From assembly GCF_018350175.1 (NCBI RefSeq), contig NC_058368.1, positions 187,304,001 to 187,368,000 on the forward strand: DNA of 64,000 nucleotides, read 5' to 3'. The notes under the pieces are model-generated. The model was given only the letters and a program-made list of their open reading frames with translations. It had not been told where the DNA came from and made no database searches. Source of the stretch: Felis catus (taxonomy: Eukaryota). Positions 24,201 to 37,500 of this stretch are shown piece after piece. The stretch's first letter is position 1. The number at the start of each line of letters is the position of its first letter. The translations under genes were made by a program, and so were the position numbers.

Positions 24201-27200
24201 TGTGACTTGGCCAAGGTGGACTGGTGCAATAACAGGACTCCTTTCTTGCAGCCAAACGACTGGAGACCCCAAAGGAGCTGGACTCAGACAGTGAAGAGTG
24301 GACCCAATACAAGTGCCTATCCTTCCCAGCCCGATGGTCTCAGCGCCCAGCAACAGTGGGAGGCCAAGGACGAGCCCAGCCTCTGAGGAGGTGCCACAGT
24401 GCCCGGGTACCTATCCAGGGTCACTCCCGACAAAGGTCTGTGGGGCACTGTGAAAGCTCACAGCCTCCTGTGGCCTTCAGCAGCTCCCTAGTAAGTCCCT
24501 GTCTTTTTCTCTTAGAGTTTCAGTGGCTTCTGTTGCAGATAGATGGGAGAGGACTCTGGGGTGTGAAAGAGAAAAGACTGTATAAGCCCTAAAGACCTCT
24601 TAAAATGGCAGCCCTTTAAGTCTTATATGCAATCTGCATTTGTGTTTTGTTGGGCAAATACAACTCATTCATTTTAAATGTTTAGTGTTTAGAAATTGGG
24701 AGATGTCACATAAACATATAGATTTCTGGCTTCTTTTTTATTTAAAAAAAATTAATGTTTATTACTTTGAGAGAGACAGAGACAGAGAGACAGAGACAGA
24801 GTGCGAGTGGGGGAGGGGCAGAGAGCGAGGGAGACAAAATTTGAAGCAGGCTCCAGGCTCCAAGCTGTCAGCACAGAGCCCAACGTGGAGCTCGAACCCA
24901 CAAACCGTGAGATCATGACCTGAGCCAAAGTCAGACGTATAACCGACTGAGCCACCCAGGTGATCCTCTGGCTTCTTTTAAAAAAGGAATTGGAAAATTT
25001 CTTGACACTAAGCCAGTATTTCCTTGTGGCAATAATTGGCCTGAATGACGAAGTTGATGCTCCTTAGACATGCTCCTTAGAAGCAGGTGGGCTTCTGTTC
25101 AACATAGACTATCCCCCTTCTCTGTTTACCCCCATCACTAAACTGAAGGCCAGCAGTGTGTCCATGATACATGTGTTTCCAAAATACAGTTCAAGAAAAA
25201 AGAAACAGTTGTCATGCTATGTTTCTATAAAGTAGAGAAACAAAAGACGGGCCTTAAGGCTTGCAGGTTTCAAAAATGAAGAATGTACTTTTTGTGTGAT
25301 AATCAAAAAGAGTCTTAAAACAAAGAACTTCTATATCAAAATCAACCAGCACATTTCATTCCCTTAAATTAATTGCCTGGACCCTGTGGGGATTTAACTC
25401 TGGTCTGGAGTTTTTGTATATGGTTCTTTCACATGTGATCCAATGATACAGCTATCACTAAACATCCAGGTAGCATGTAAAGAAATTGAGTTTCTTCCCC
25501 AAGATTACACAGCATTCCCTCAAAGGCAAGGCCAGAACTAGGGCTTTCTGACTTCTGTTCCATTTTACTTTCCTCCATATCATGTTCTTTCTCTAGGAAA
25601 CACACCATCTAGAATCTTCTGCACTTACAGAAAAGACCACAGGGAGCCCCAGCTATCTTGAAAAAAACACACATATTACAAGAAGGACTGAAGTGCTATT
25701 ATATCATTATTAGAAAATTATCCTCATAATTTCAAAATTATCCTCATTATGAATTTCCTTCCAATTTGTATTTTCTCCATTAATACACACATAACTACAT
25801 ATATGTAACATTTTTGCAGTCATAATACCTATAAATTAAAGGTTCTGGGTTTTTTTTTAATCTGATATGATATCAAAAGTATCAAAAGCGTCTTCCATAT
25901 TGCTACCTGGTTTTCATAATCCAGGACTGTGTTTTCTGATCATGACAAAGTAATGCTGTGAATCTGTGTGTTCTGGGTTAGAACTTATCTAACTTCAGGT
26001 GAGTACGGTTAACTCTTATGTACTGTCTTGCCCAACAAATGCAACATTAACAAGGATAAAACATGAGCCCGGTGTTAAGGCCTATGATGCTCATAAACAT
26101 ACAAGAGGAATGATCCATGGATGCCTTTGGAAAGATTTTTTCTTTTTTCTTTTCTCAGGTGAGATAACAGGGCATGCATGTTGCATCTTTTCCTTCTTTG
26201 ATTTAATTCTGACCCCTCTGAATGAAATGCTCTTCCCCAGCTCATTACCTAAATATTGGAACAATGAATTTAGTGAATTCTCATCAGGCACATGTTCTAA
26301 GTCTTGCACTACTTGTGTCTTTTGGCACTTTCCAGTTCTAAGCACCATGGGCATCCCACGTGCCTGAGAATGTCTGCCCCAGGACACATGGGCAGAAGCA
26401 GGAAGATTTCCTTTGTAGATCTCAGTTGGAACACACAGATTCACTGCCCCTTGTTCGACCTGACAAATCTTAGTCACCCAGAAAAAGTGCAGCCGTTAGC
26501 CAGCCAGTGCGACTTTTATTTAGGACCTATCATTAAGGCCAACAACCATCACTGGCTGTCCTAAAAGTTAAATCACATGATGTTTATGATGCCCTGCAAG
26601 GTTCCTTCCAGCTATAAATTAGCACATTTGGGGTCAAATGTCCCAGGTTTTCATCTCAGCTCCATCATCTATAATGTGACTTTGGTCAACTTACTGAGCT
26701 AGAACCTCAATGTCCCCATCTTTAAAAAGGAGTATTGTTCTGTCTCATTACTTTATTTTGAGGACATAATTCTTAAAATTATAGGTTCTAGATAGATAAC
26801 TAATAGAAGTCTTAAACTTCTAAATCTTTCTCAAGGAAATCTGTCTTCCTTGCACAAATGTTTGTATCTGATGATATGGAGTGGGAGATGGGAGCTTTCA
26901 TAAAATGCGATGTCAAGCTCTCTCCCCTGAAATTCTGGTATATTGGTCTAGAATAGGGCCTGAACATTCATATTTTTTTAATTTCTGATGATTCTAGTGA
27001 GCAACCAAGGTTGAGAACCTCTCTAAGCATAGCATTGCCCCCTAGGAAATAATCTTCATTTGGCTCAAATGGGTATGTTCTACGGCTTGGGAGGCATTGG
27101 CTGAACGGGATGATTCATGCTTCCTTAAGGGACTCTGACGCTAATCCATAAAATATCTGTGGCTGGAGTGGCAGATCCTTGAATTAGCCTATAGAGAATA

Positions 27201-30200
27201 TCTGTGGCAGCCCCAGGTGGACCTCCTGGCTCCTGCCCCCACCCAATCTTGGCAGGCTCTCTGAGCTTGCTTCCTCTTCCACCCGCCCATCTGGCATCCG
27301 GTCTGGTAGGGTAATACTCTCCAGGCACCACCAGGTCTTTATCTTCCCTTTGTAAATTAGTCAGAACTTGCTCTGAAACCTCCATGATGCCAAATCCTGG
27401 CAGTGCAAGCACCCTTCCACATTCTAAAGAAACCAGTTGTTGGTTTTCTTGGAAATTTGCCCTAAACCCCAAATAAAATGAGCATCAAGGCGAACAGCAA
27501 CAGAAGATGGCTTTTTTTCTTTTACTACAAAGAACAAGGAAGCATCAGTTATTGCTGCCTAATTGGCTGCTATAAAATCTGTGGCTTTAGGGTGGGGATA
27601 ATATACTTAGGAAAGTGGTGATTTCTGAGCCAATGTTTAAGAGTACTGGCAGATGGAAAATGAAATCCCCCCCCCCCCACCCCGTGTATAAGAAGCCAAG
27701 CTTTGAGCAGAGAGTCTTTGTTTAAAAGTGCCACTTGCAAAAGGTTTTCGAGAACCATCAGACCAAAAAATATCTTCCTAATCATAAAATTTGCACTGAG
27801 GCTGCTTAGGCTCCTCCAGATGGCACCACAATTTCCTTCCGTGGGCCTGACTTCTCCTGTCTGGAAAGAACATAATTGAGAAAGGTAAAGGAGGTGTCTT
27901 TGGCCCTCTGCCTCCTTTCCTTAACTTGGTTTTCCTTCCTTTCTTTCCAGACTGGCAGGGACAGCCCACAGATACACACTCCCACTTTAAAGTTAGGTAA
28001 GAGTCCTGATTTAATTAGCCAAGCACACAAAATCTTTTTGGAAGTAATATGACCACACAGGGCAGGAACAGATGAAGCCTATCTCAGCTGGGCCTACCTT
28101 AACTTCCCAAAGGGCCCCAAAGGGCAGCACACAATTGCAGTGACCCTGTTCACAAAGGGTGGGGTCTTGCAAGATCTAGAAAATTCCCTTCTTGCTCACC
28201 CACTTAATTTCTTTCCTTGGGGTTATGTCCCTTTTGGACAAAGCTTACCTTAACAATCCACATGCTTCTATTTAAGCAAATATTTGTTAACATTGGGTTC
28301 TCTCGGTTCTTGAATGGAAGGCAGTATCCTCTAGGCCACAACCTCAACCTGGGCAAAAACATCACTCCCCTAAAACATATTTGAGCCTCCAGCTTCCCAG
28401 CAACCAGGTAAGTTTGTTTCCACGATAGTGATATAACCACATGGTTAAGTAGTGGAAAGTAACTAAACTTCAAAAGGTAAAAAGTAAGTCTCCCTCTCTT
28501 CTATGTTCCCCACAACCCCAGCAGCAACCATTATTTGCAGTTTCTCATGTATGACCCAGAGGTGTTTCACCTATATAGAAGCATACAAGTGTGGTATACA
28601 CATGAGCACATCCTTTACTGCACATAGGAGCATCCCCTACACATTGATTTGGACTTTGTCATTTTACTTAGTGCATCTGAGGGAATATTTCATATCTGTA
28701 GACAGACATTCTGGAGATCTGCCTCATCTTTTTATTAATGGCATTAGAATTTGTTGGTTGGTTGAGCCATTGCTTACACATGTATATTTTTCTATAGTAT
28801 TCATTCTTCTAGCGTAATTGTTAAACTGTGTATACCTTTTTTATTTGGGGTACAACCCAAGAGATTGTACCAGTTTAGACACTCACCAAAAATATATAGA
28901 AGTTACAGCCTAGTAGAGAGGTGAGAAGAACACCAGTGCCTACAGAAAACTGCTCTTGGTGGTGAGTGTATGGGTACAGAGGGGCTATGGGCACCCAATG
29001 AATGATAGTCATCCATGTGAACTTGAGTAAGTTATCATTAAAACTGAGAAGAGACCTGAAATCATTATTACACTCTGTGTTAACTAACTTGGATTTAAAT
29101 ACAATTTTAAAATTTTATAAATAAATAAAAAATAAAACTGAGAAGAGAGTAGCAGATTAGAAGTTGGCCTCCTTTTCCCAGCCTTCAATGTGGAATATAC
29201 CCCAGTCATGTAGCATACAGTGTCCATATAAATCCTCACTACTCAAACTGTGGTCCTCAGACCAGCAGCATGAGCATATTTGGGAGCTTATAGAAATGCA
29301 GGTGCTCAGGCTCCACTCCTGACCCACTGAATCAGCATCTGAGTTTAAGCATCTGAGTATAAACAAGATGCCCAGTTGATTTGTGTGCATGTTAAAGTTT
29401 GGAAAGTTCTGGCATCATGTTTAAGGGTTCAGCTTTTGGCATCAGGAGGCAGAACTGGATTCAAGACCCAGCCTTTTTCTTGATTTTGTGACCTTGGACA
29501 AGTTACGTAAATTCAATGAGCCTCATTTACCTCATAATTAAAATGGGAGAATAATAGTAGCTATTTCAATGCTGTGGTGATGAGTAAATGATGTAGATAA
29601 ACACACTTAGCAAAGCACCTGACTTTGTTGTAAATTGTCAATAAATGTAATCTAATGATAATAATAGGATCTTTGAGGGTATAGTGTGAGGCCTGAGATC
29701 ACCTTCATCAAAGGTTTGTATGAGCTTTACATGTTCTGCAATAGAAAGAAATCTAACCAGTTGGGTACCTGACTGCCACAAAGCTCTAATCTGAAGAACT
29801 GGTAGCCCACAATTTTATTTCTTTTCCTTCAGAGAAATAGACTAGCCAAAGGGCCCAGAGGTGGGTGCGGGCACTGCTTTCTCTAAGTATCCTAAGTGCC
29901 AAGTTCCTAAATGTTAATGGGCCAGACAGGAAACCAATGGGCTGTGGGCAAGAAGAACCATGAAGAACCTTGCCCCATGAAAACAGTCTGTGGTGACTGG
30001 ATAAAGCTTAACTGACATCTACGACTGACACCTGCAGGCTGGGCTTGCTGCCATTCCCAGAGAGAAGTAGGCCCTTTGCAGAGATTTTTTTTTAATGCAT
30101 TGCTTTATGATTGGAAGGAAATATACTAAAGAAGTATTTTAACAAAGAGATCCCATGAGTTAATCAGTGGTGGGGTAGTGTGGTGTCCTAGATAGGAGTC

Positions 30201-33200
30201 TGTCAACAGAAGTTTGAATGCCTGCAGTCTGCCAGGCACTGGGGACATATCACAGATTGCCTCTGCCCTCATGGCACTCATATACTAAAGGGTAAATGGA
30301 CATGCAATAAATAACCCTAAATCATTTTAACTGTGTCACCATTTGGAAAGACGTAATACATAGCTTAGAGCAAAGCAGTGTGTTGTCAGAGGTTGGGAGT
30401 CAGGTGGTATGAAAGCTGCCCTAGTTCTGACCCTAATTCATTGTGAAGTCTTGAGTAGTTCACCTCCCTTCTCTCTGCCATTCAATTTTGTCATCAGGAA
30501 AATGAAAGGTTTGGTTTTGGTGACATCCAACCTTGTTTGCAACTCTGGGCATCTGTGGTAAGGGTTAAAAGCATCCCATTCGTGGGGTGCCTGTGTGGCT
30601 CAGTTGGTTGAGTGCCAGCTCTTGTCATGATCTCATGGTTAATAAGATGGACCCCCATGTCTGTCTCATGCAATTAGCACAGAGCCTGTGCTAGGAGTCT
30701 CTCCCTCTCCTGCTCAGCCCCTCTAAGAGGGACTCTGCCTCTTTCTCTCTCTCTCATTCCCTCTCTCTCTCAGAATAAATAAAAGGGGTTTTTAAGCATC
30801 CAATTGGGGCACCTGGGTGGCTCAGTCAGTTAAGCGTCCAACTTCAGTTCAGGTCATGATCTTACCATTCCTGGGCTTAAGCCCCATGTTGGGCTCTGTG
30901 CTAACAGCTCAGAACCTGGAGCCTGCTTCAGATTCTGTGTCTCCCTCTCTCTCTGCCCCTCACATGCTCGTATTCTGTCTCTATCTGTCTCTCTGTCTCT
31001 CTCAAAAATAGACATTAAAAAAATTTGTAATAAAAAATAAAGCATCCCATCATGTATACCCCCCCAAATGAAGTCTATTTTCTAAAAAAAAAAAAAAAAG
31101 GAGACTCCCATAATATCTTTTATAATCTCAAATACTATCTAATGAGCCTTAAGGACTGGATATATAAACCTGTTAGTTGTGCATGGGATGCCAAACACTA
31201 AAGATGCTGGCTGTCAGCAAGTATCAGAGGCTACTTCCTTCTTGTGGGGGACCTTGTCTGGCACAAAGGTTAAGAGCATGAATCCTAGTTGGACTATCTC
31301 AAATTAAGTGAAGGAGTCTTGCCTACTTACTGTGTGACCTTAGGAAAAACACTTAATCTCCCTGGATAGCAGTTTCCTCATCTGATACACAGATAACCAG
31401 GAGGATAATAGTACTCAACAGATAATGTTGCTGTGGAGATGCAATGAAATAATGGATGTACACAGAATGTAAGAAGCACTATATGAATAGGAACTATCAT
31501 TACTACTTTGAGAAATGAGCTCAGAGCTCCTTGAGTGATGATTGTACACTGATGACAGGCAGTAGATGGAGCCTGGAATCTGGTGAGGGGAGTCTGCCAG
31601 GGAGCATTAAGAGCATTAGTAAGGGAACAAGTCAACTTTACCACGACCATGGAAAGGACTCAGTTAAAGGGTCTGACATCTGATTCTGGCTTTCTGCTGA
31701 CTCACTGAGTGATATTGGTCATGTCAGCCATCTTTCTCGGTTTCAATTAAGTTGAGACTCATTTCATCTCAACCTAGGACTGTGAGAAGCTGGTGAGATC
31801 ACATAAATGACATTGCTTGGAAAAGTAGGAAGAGCTTGATCAGTGTGAACTATTGCTAGGAAGATGGCATTCAAAGGCTGAGAGGTTGGATGATACATGC
31901 TCCCTTCCTTGGCTTTCTGAAAATAGTGACACCATATGGTGTGGATCGTTCACCACTGCTTATCACAAGGCAATGAGAAGAAATGCAGATTTGTTTCAGT
32001 CTTACTAGCACTCTTCCTTTTAATAAGAAGTACTTTTTTCTGGTTGTTGTCTTAAGAGGGTATGAACAAGAGGAGGTACAGTGTTGACTCTTAGAGAGCA
32101 CTCCAAATGAAAGCTAGAACTCTCTGCTCCCATCCATTTCTTTTCACCTCCCTGTGCTATTGGAAAGCCCAACTCTCATCTCTGCAGGCATCAAGTATCT
32201 CCCTGTGTGTCTGGGTTTCCTCTCCTGTGGCTCACCTGTGCCAGCAGCCCCAGGGAGGATAGAGTCTGACTTTTGAAATCATTGCATTTGGTAATCAGAG
32301 AAGACACAGTCTGAGGACTCTTTATCCACAGGGTTTTGTTTCATTTTTTTTTAAATCTCAACCTGGGTTCTTATTTGTAAAATCTGTTAGCTCATTGGCA
32401 CTCAGTCTTACCCTGCATAAATTAATCAAGATTTCTTCAGTCCACCATTTTCAACCATTAACTCTCTTTCTTCTAAACTTTAATTAACCTATGAACTATT
32501 AACACTGATATAAGTGGTTTTGTGTGGCAATTTCTTTGCATGGTGGCTTTTGTCCTATCTGTTAAGAGCCGGTGTTTGTTGAACTTCTCCTTCAAACAAA
32601 GCAATAGTTGGGGCTCTAGAATGTACAACTTTGTGGAAAATGCATTCTCTATCTCTGAGGCTCTTATCTCTAGAGAGATTCAATATGGATATAAAAAAAT
32701 TAAATTTAAAATATAGGTCAATATGTGGTGAATTCCAAAGGGATGATACAACTGGCACCTTCTACAAGGATGTGAAAAATTGGAAATCCATGAGTCAGAT
32801 CCTGCCCACAGATTTTTCTTTTCAAAAAACAGGACTTGTCACATCATCTCTCTTTATCCTGAAAAAATCAATAGATTTGGCAAACTGGACTAGCACCAGA
32901 GCATTTCACTAGCAGAACAGTTGCCACCTTTCACACAGGGTAGCACTTGCCAGGTCTCACAGCCCCCGCCATCCCACAGTGTCCTCATCTGTACCTGGGC
33001 AACTTTCCTCATCCACCTTACCTGCCTGACTCCCATGGAGATTCTGAGTTCAAGAACACAATATTGTGGCTCAGAAGACCGAGAACTCATTGTGGGCTGG
33101 ATAAGATCTCATGAACATATGAACATTTCTCATGGATCCTGAAGTCTAGGTAGCATTTTGGTAGGCAGGAGAGGTCTTTTCAAGCAAGGTATGATCAGAG

Positions 33201-34479
33201 GCATAAAAAGGGAGTACATATCCAGGAGGCAGCAAACAAACCAACAGGCTGAGCTGAGGGCCTACATTGAGAAGCGGTGGAAGTAAAGAGTAGAAATGCA
33301 GACTGTGAAAGCATTTAGATGCCAGACTGAATTGATTGTGCTAACAATGAAGATCTCCTGAAAGTTTTCAAGCTCAAAAATACCTTGAGGGAAAGGATGT
33401 TTTAGGAAGACGCATGGATAACACATATGAAGGGTTAGAAAGAAAAGAGGTAAGAGGTAGAAATTACTTTAGAGGCTGATACAGGAATCTAGATTTGAGG
33501 GCTAGAGGTCTGAGTCTGGCTGAAACCATCAGCAGTGAAAGTGGGGAGCCACAGTGAGGGAAGGGCTGCCAGAGTCTATAACCAATGAGTATGTGACATG
33601 TCAGGTTGAGGGAAAGGGAGGAGTCACATAAGAATGCATTGACCAGACCTGTGGGAGGAAGAGATGTTCTGGAGGCAGGACTTTCAGGAAGACTGTATTA
33701 TCCTTTCTGCAGGTGTACAAAGAATCTTCCAGAGGGGGTCTTCCTCCCCAATCCCTTCAGAAAATATTCTCATCCAGGCCTTTCTTTCTCAGGAAAAAGA
33801 TGTGACTCCAGACAAAAATCTACTGTCCAAAGTACAAGATGCTGCTCTGTGGCTGGAGACCTTGTCAGACACAAAACCAGCCAAGCCTTCTCTCTCCACC
33901 ACCTCCTCCATTGCTGACTTCTTCCTCGCCCTAACCATCTGCAACTCCGTCATGGTCTCTACAACCACTGAGACCAGGCAGAGAGTAAGGACCACCAATA
34001 GTGGGTGGTGGGATGGATGGGAGATGGGACAAGGGGTGAAGCCCTGAATAGAGAGACAAGATACTTGGACCCTAGTCACAGCATCACCATTTCACCACTG
34101 TGGGACCTTGAACAGATTTTTTTTTCTGGGCCTCAGTTTCTTCATTTTTTAAAAGAAATGGAATAAGTTATAGATGAGCTTTCTATGTAGCTTTTAAACT
34201 TTGTATCTATCTGTTTGTAGGGTTGATATTAAGAGTTAATATTTACTAAGCAGTGCTGTGTGTCAGTCTCCATGCCAAACACGTCACCTGCATTATCATT
34301 TAACCCTCACAACCCAACAACCCTGTGAGCTATGTCCTTGCATTTTACAAGTGAAGAAACAGTGGTTCAGAGAGCTTGGACAACTTCACAAAGGATGTAT
34401 GGGTACTACACAGCAGAACCCTCTGTACAGCTACATAATAATATCACATTATACTGGTCTCTGTGTTTATGTGAGGGCA

Positions 34480-34523
<44 letters not shown>

Positions 34524-37500
34524 CCATGGGTGAAGTTCTGCCAATTTTGAGATAATGCAGCTGTATGGCCATTTATAGAAGTTTATACTCTGAATTGTTT
34601 TTTCAGCACTAAAGATAGATTGATCTTCAATTATCCACAGACTCTCACCCAAGCTCCCTTATGAGTGACTGAAGAGAATAATTGAGTGTTTTAACTTGTG
34701 GGTAATGAAATCAAGAAAAAGAGGGTTCACCCAGGTACCAAACCAAAGCCTCCCATATTACACTTAGATCCCATTCAGCCACTAAAAAGTCACCAAGTTA
34801 TCAAAAGTTTTTAGGGAGATTTGGGAGGCAGGAAATGTTTGCTGAGAAATTAACTCTATTTTCAAGAAAGGAAGAAGTACATATTGGGAAGGATAGCATC
34901 CAACTCCCAATTTTCAAGTTAATGGGGAGATGTTAGCTGACAGGTGACTCAGGAGTCCAATCTCTGGAGCCAGGAACACCCAGATTTTAGTCCAGCTCTA
35001 CTACTACACTCTAGGTGGTCATAGCCAATTTATTGAACCTCTCTGTGCCTCAGTTTCCTCATCTAGAAGTTAGGATTACATGGCATCTGCTAGAATTGCT
35101 GGGGAGATACTGCATGCAAGGATAAAGCAGACAAGGTCATGGAAAAGGCCCGGGGAATGTAAACTTTTACTATGGGTCTGGCTTTTGTCTCCTTTTCTTT
35201 CCTTTGTCCATGACCAAAGCAGGATTGTAAAATTGAGTATTACCAATCCCTAGAATGCCAAGGCTGGAAAGAAATATCTGGCCTAATCTTCTCATGCTGT
35301 AGGTAGGTAAACTGAGGCTCACAGAGGTGAGACTTGCCTATAATCCCTAAAGCCCAAATAATCCATTTATTGTAAAATGACCTTCCTCTTCTGCCATAAA
35401 ACAGCTTGATATTTTTTTTTTCCAACACTGAGAGTTAATGTTCCACTTCCCTCCTTTTACCACAAGGTCACTATGCCACCCTCTGCCAAGGCTCTGGGGA
35501 CGTCCCTGGAGAAGATTCAACAACTGTTCCACAGACTGAAGCTTTTGAACCTTAGCCAGTCATTTTCATCCACTGTGCCCTCTGACACCGACCTGGGAGA
35601 GAGTTTGGGGGCCAACATTCCAACCCCAGACTCAGAAGAGAGGGATGATGTGTCTGTGTGCAGTGGAGGTAACTCCACTGATGGTGGCTATAGGAGCAGC
35701 ACATGGGACCAGGTTGACATCCAGGGGTCTGGATTAGACGCTTCCTTGGAAGAGGTGCTGGAGGCCCCAGCTCTAGGCCTGGCCAGCCCTGAGCTCTGTT
35801 ATGAGGCTGAGAGCCCTGATGAGGCAGCCCTGGTGCATGCCGCCCATGCCTACAGTTTCACTCTGGTGTCCCGGACACCAGAGCAGGTGACCGTGCGCTT
35901 GCCCCAGGGCACCTGCCTCACCTTCGATGTCCTCTGCACCCTGGGCTTTGACTCTGTCAGGAAGAGAATGTCTGTGGTTGTGAGGCACCCACTGACGGGT
36001 GAGATCATCGTCTACACCAAAGGCGCAGACTCAGTTATCATGGACCTGCTGGAAGACCCGGCCTGCGGTGAGTCCCACCTCACCAGGGCTCCAAGAAGAG
36101 GGGTCCTTGGTTTGGGAGGCAGTATGGAACAGTAATGAGGAGCTGGAGTTATAGAGTCATTTAGTCCAGCAGGTCCCAGCTGGAACAGAGGCCACAAGAT
36201 GCTTTCTTCAAAGGAGTTCTCTTAAATCATGCTGCATTCTGCATCTCCTCACCCTGGATTATTACAGTGCTCATGAGCTTATTATAGTCTTATACTGAAG
36301 AAACTTCTTTATTTATCCCAGTTTCTGGTTTTCCAAACTCATTTTTTAAACATGGATTATCCACACACAATTTTTTTTCTACCAGGACACTCATTAACAT
36401 AACCTAGAACACACTGTGGTCCTGACTCTTACTTGTGGAGACAAGCCAGCTGAACCCAGAGAAGGAAGTGACTTAATAGAGGTGGCACAGCTAACCAGTG
36501 GTAAATCCTAGGCCTAGGTATATTGAATCTCAGTTCAGAGTTCTTTCTATGCCACCAGAATTCTGCACCAGGCTCAGTTCTCTCTGGGAAGCCTCAGGTG
36601 TCCCCCTTTATCATCCTTTTCCCCAGCCTCCCCCAAATGGATTTTCATAAACTTGCTCCAAGCCAGAAAAATGCTCCAAAGTCCCTACATATCAGTGTCC
36701 AATTTTGAAGCAGCATGAATTAGTGTGCAGCCGCTTCCTGATTGCTAACAAGAAGAAGACAGTTATGGGGCTGTGATTCTCCCAGGATAGTAGATTCCAG
36801 CCAAGCTTTAGAATTGCCCAGGCAGCCCTGTGCCTCCTGCATTATCAGCTATGGATTAAAGCCAAGAGGTTCATGGGGATTGATGAGTATTTAGAATGGG
36901 AAGGGAGCTAATTAGGTCTCTTCATCCCCAGACTCTGGCAGACAAGTGAATTCAGTGTTCCTGAGTCAAGGGAACCACGGCACTCTATCCCTGGGCAACA
37001 GCCATCCAAGCTGCCCTGGAGATATTTTTTCTATTTATCCCTCACCTGATTCAAAAATAGATTAGAGAGGCTTCCAATAAAAGACACGTACACAATATTA
37101 CTATTAAAACTGAGAGTCAAAGGTTTGAAAAGCAGGGAAGAAAATAACCCGAGATGTAATATATTTACAGTGTTTGAACATTCAACTTGACCCTGAGGTT
37201 CCTAGTAGCCTGAGAAAAAAAAGGGAACACTCCAGGGCACACAGGTAGAAGGCAAAAGGGTTTCATCTTGGGGAGCTAATGTCTTTGAAAATAAAATGTT
37301 GTAGATAGTGCTCAATAAGACAGTAGTGCTCAATAGGCACAAAGATTGTGCTTCAGGCACTAGGGGAAAAGTAGAACCTGAAAAATGAGAAGATAATCTT
37401 TAAAAGGATTTTTATATTTCATAAAATATCCTTGGAATAATACCATGGGAAAAATCAGAGATTTGTTGGATTTCCTTATAATTATTTTACCGTAAAGAAT

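Noticed and set aside
3703..31045. Recurrent peptide family (AQVMIS...[17 protein letters not shown]) in many ORFs, suggesting a repeated small gene
   Set aside because: These are translations of Can-SINE copies.
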